Source: Candidatus Obscuribacteraceae bacterium (GTDB taxonomy: Bacteria > Cyanobacteriota > Vampirovibrionia > Obscuribacterales > Obscuribacteraceae). Taken from it: DNA of 64,000 bases. The DNA is taken from the NCBI GenBank assembly GCA_044226015.1, contig JBGAHS010000002.1, positions 1,139,435-1,203,434 on the forward strand. The letters run 5' to 3'. The position numbers and the translations under genes are program-made. Under the pieces are notes generated by a model, which saw only the letters and a list, made by a program, of their open reading frames with translations, was not told the origin of the DNA and ran no database searches. Positions within the stretch are counted from its first letter, which is position 1; each line of letters opens with the position of its first letter. Shown piece after piece: positions 60,990 through 64,000 of this stretch.

Positions 60990-61240
60990 TCACGATGAAC
61001 AAGCAACTGAACCATTGGCAACAAGCGCCTGAAAAATCTCACTGAACAGTCACAATGAACAATCACAATGAACATCCAACTAAAAGATCACGCTGAACGA
61101 TTGCCAACAAACACACTGAAACATCACACGAAACAGTCACAATGAGCATCCTCGCTAAACGATCACGTTGAAAGATCACACTGAATGATTGCCAACAAGC
61201 ACGCTGAACCATCGCGCTGGACTATGACTGAACAAACTAA
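60990..61240. repeat. Degenerate short-unit repeat (tcac(a/g)(c/a)tgaa) in the dapD-dapE spacer
   Basis: About ten cacaatgaac/cacgctgaac-like units. Confidence 0.65.
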
Positions 61241-61270
61241 TTTCAATCTTCAATCAAAAAGGAATTGAAA

Positions 61271-62392
61271 ATGAAGACACTGGAACTGGCTAAAGAACTG
61301 ATAAATCGCCCTTCTGTGACACCGGAAGATGCTGGCTGCCAGACATTTCTTGCAGATCTGTTAGCAAAATCTGGTTTCAGAAACGAGCATCTGAGATACG
61401 AGGACGTGGATAATCTATGGTCCACGCACGGACAGGGCGCGCCACTCTTTGTCTTCCTTGGACACACTGACGTTGTACCCACAGGCTCTGAAGCAGACTG
61501 GAAACATCCCCCTTTCACCGCTACCGAGGACAATGGCTACCTCTACGGTCGAGGATCCGCAGACATGAAAGGGTGCATCGCATCTTTCGTAAATGCTGCA
61601 ATCGACTTTGTCTCAAAAAAACCCGACCACAAAGGTACGCTAGCAATACTTTTGACCAGTGACGAAGAGGGAATTGGAATCAACGGCACAGCTGCCGTGA
61701 TACGAGAGTTCGAAACACGTAAGACAAAAATTGATTATTGCTTGGTTGGTGAGCCTAGCTCTGAAGAGCAACTTGGAGATGTTATAAAAGTGGGACGTCG
61801 CGGTTCTCTCACCGGCAAGCTGGATATCAAAGGAATCCAGGGGCATGTTGCCTATCCACACTTGGCGCGCAATCCAGTCCATCAAGCTCTGGGCGCACTC
61901 AAGCAGCTTGCGGACCGCGAGTGGGACAAAGGCAACGATTTTTTTCCGCCCACAAGCTTCCAGATAAGCAACGTCAGTGCAGGTACTGGAGCGGATAACG
62001 TCATACCTGGACAGATGAACCTGATTTTTAATTTTCGATATTCAAGCGAACTGAACGCTGATTTGATAAAAGCAGAGGTCCACAAGATACTCGATGAGGC
62101 AGGACTCGAATACACGTTGAATTGGCGCTTGTCAGGACTTCCCTTCCTTACTGCCAGAGGAGAATTAGTGGAAGCGATCGCAGCAGGAATAGAATCTTGC
62201 GTCGGAGCCAAGCCCCAACTTCTTACGACGGGAGGCACATCTGACGGGCGATTCGTCGCACCTACAGGGGCGCAAGTTGCGGAATTCGGACTTATTAATC
62301 GCACCATTCACAAAGTGAATGAGTGCATAAAAATTGAACACCTGGATTCATTGAAATCGACCTACGAGGATGTTTTGCAAAGGTTGCTATAG
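61271..62392 (+). CDS. dapE: Succinyl-diaminopimelate desuccinylase
   Basis: GHTDVVP, GRGSADMKG, SDEEG, GEPS, GRRGS, QGHVAYPHLA, GGTSDGRF and TIHKVNE motifs. Confidence 0.97.
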   Translation: MKTLELAKELINRPSVTPEDAGCQTFLADLLAKSGFRNEHLRYEDVDNLWSTHGQGAPLFVFLGHTDVVPTGSEADWKHPPFTATEDNGYLYGRGSADMKGCIASFVNAAIDFVSKKPDHKGTLAILLTSDEEGIGINGTAAVIREFETRKTKIDYCLVGEPSSEEQLGDVIKVGRRGSLTGKLDIKGIQGHVAYPHLARNPVHQALGALKQLADREWDKGNDFFPPTSFQISNVSAGTGADNVIPGQMNLIFNFRYSSELNADLIKAEVHKILDEAGLEYTLNWRLSGLPFLTARGELVEAIAAGIESCVGAKPQLLTTGGTSDGRFVAPTGAQVAEFGLINRTIHKVNECIKIEHLDSLKSTYEDVLQRLL

Positions 62393-62500
62393 CAATAGCT
62401 CTTTAGCAACTGAACTTCAGCAGTAACAAAAACTCTGGGGCATTCCCATACAACTAGCCGATCAGACAAAACCCAAACAGTTTCCCAACCTGACAACACC

Positions 62501-64000
62501 ATGAACAAGAAATTTGAAGCAGAATATGGAACATGGAAATCGCCAATTAGCAGCGATTTAATAGTATCAAATATGGTGCGAATGGGTAAAGTCTGCCTTG
62601 ATGGAGACACAGTCTATTGGCTCGAAACGCGACCTGAAGAAGCTGGCAGAGACATGGTTAGTTCATCGAGAGATGATCTCATAACAGACGTCACTCCTCT
62701 TCCACTCAATGTCAGAACGAGAGTTCACGAGTTCGGGGGCGGCAGCTTCAGCGCATTCGACGGACAGATATTCTTTTCCAATCTAATAGACCAGCGAATA
62801 TATGTGCAATCAAGAGATTCCAACGGCAAATTCAGCGAGCCATCTCCGCTGACTCCTGGTTTCTCAGAAACCGCCAGACATCTTCGCTTTGCCGACATTA
62901 CGATCGATCGCCAGCGCGAGAGACTGATTGTCGTTCAGGAAGATCATCGCGAAACTGATTCGACGCCCCCAGCTTGTTTAGTGGCAGTGCCGCTGGACGG
63001 AAGCGCAGCCATCACAAAACTAGTCGATGGATACGACTTCTATTCGTCACCGAAAGTTAGTCCAGACGGAACTAAACTTGCCTGGTTCTGCTGGAATCAT
63101 CCAAACATGCCCTGGTATGGTACTGACCTGTGGCTTGCAGATCTGGCAGCAGATGGCAGTTTAGAAAACCAGAGAATGGTTGCCGGTGGAGTGGATGAGG
63201 CGATATTTCAGCCCGAGTGGTCGCCTTCAGGACAACTATATTTTTGCTCGGATCTCAGTGGCTGGTGGAACATATACCGACTCGACCAAAATGAAAAAGT
63301 AGAGCGTGTTCTCGAAATCGAGGCAGAATGCGGCTTTCCACATATGTATTTCGGACACTCAAGTTACGCTTTTGTGGACAACGAACGAATAATTTTCACC
63401 TACGCTAAGCACGGCATGTTCGGACTCGCCGAACTAAACACAGTGCAAAAGACGTTTGCACCGATACAAAGTAAGTTTGGTGAGATAACATTCCTTCGCG
63501 CAAACGCAGAGAGAGCTGTTTTTCGTGGTGGCGCACCCGACCAGCCAGTTTCCATTATTGAAATGGATGTAAAAACGAAATCCTTCAAAACCTTGCGACA
63601 ATCATTCGATTTATCCAGCTCAGACAGCGATTTTCCTGGATGCCTATCTTATGCTGAGCCCATAGAATTTCCCACAGAGAACGGACTGAATGCTCATGCA
63701 TTTTTCTATCCCGCAAGAAATGAGAATTATGTAGCACCTGCTAACACGCTCCCCCCGCTGATAGTGCGCATCCACGGCGGTCCCAATAATCAGCACTTTA
63801 ATACACTCGACCTCACAATTCAGTATTGGACCAGCCGAGGCTTTGCACTGGTCGATGTGAACTATGGGGGCAGTACCGGATTCGGTAGAGAATACAGGCA
63901 AAGACTGAGGGGTAACTGGGGAGTTGTCGACAATCAAGACGCTGTGAACGCGGCGCGATATTTGGCAAACAAAGGGCTTGTGGACCCAAACAAAATGATT
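62501..64000 (+). CDS. S9 family peptidase (acylaminoacyl/dipeptidyl peptidase), runs off the right edge
   Basis: Not in the ORF track. Manual translation gives MNKKFEAEYGTWKSPI...RTRVHEFGGG...WNHPNMPW...IHGGP...YWTSRGFALVDVNYGGSTGFGREYR. Confidence 0.92.
   Translation, partial: MNKKFEAEYGTWKSPISSDLIVSNMVRMGKVCLDGDTVYWLETRPEEAGRDMVSSSRDDLITDVTPLPLNVRTRVHEFGGGSFSAFDGQIFFSNLIDQRIYVQSRDSNGKFSEPSPLTPGFSETARHLRFADITIDRQRERLIVVQEDHRETDSTPPACLVAVPLDGSAAITKLVDGYDFYSSPKVSPDGTKLAWFCWNHPNMPWYGTDLWLADLAADGSLENQRMVAGGVDEAIFQPEWSPSGQLYFCSDLSGWWNIYRLDQNEKVERVLEIEAECGFPHMYFGHSSYAFVDNERIIFTYAKHGMFGLAELNTVQKTFAPIQSKFGEITFLRANAERAVFRGGAPDQPVSIIEMDVKTKSFKTLRQSFDLSSSDSDFPGCLSYAEPIEFPTENGLNAHAFFYPARNENYVAPANTLPPLIVRIHGGPNNQHFNTLDLTIQYWTSRGFALVDVNYGGSTGFGREYRQRLRGNWGVVDNQDAVNAARYLANKGLVDPNKMI

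Overview
Bacterial chromosomal window with about 50 genes. Tentatively it resembles a non-photosynthetic cyanobacterial relative (Melainabacteria/Obscuribacterales-like); this is a guess from protein style and repeat content, not a tested assignment. Housekeeping genes sit at the two ends: aminopeptidase P, leucyl aminopeptidase and MscS on the left, and dapC-dapD-dapE plus an S9 peptidase on the right. The interior is dominated by lipid-modifying genes: four patatin-like phospholipases, four PlsC-type acyltransferases and two His-box fatty-acid-hydroxylase-like proteins. These are arranged as a repeated patatin > acyltransferase > hydroxylase cassette (13.5-16.3 kb and 53.9-56.5 kb). A larger variant (29.6-39.2 kb) is coupled to a truncated beta-oxidation set (acyl-CoA ligase, acyl-CoA dehydrogenase, stand-alone enoyl-CoA hydratase). 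The most striking gene is a 1382-aa fusion (42507-46655) of a catalase-related domain, a plant alpha-dioxygenase-like heme peroxidase, membrane helices and a degenerate caleosin-like tail, which looks like a single-chain oxylipin enzyme. Intergenic DNA carries about 20 copies of a GATCGATATCGATC palindrome family that tends to bracket gene modules, plus many tandem repeats and multi-hairpin spacers. No rRNA, tRNA, CRISPR array or transposase was recognised.
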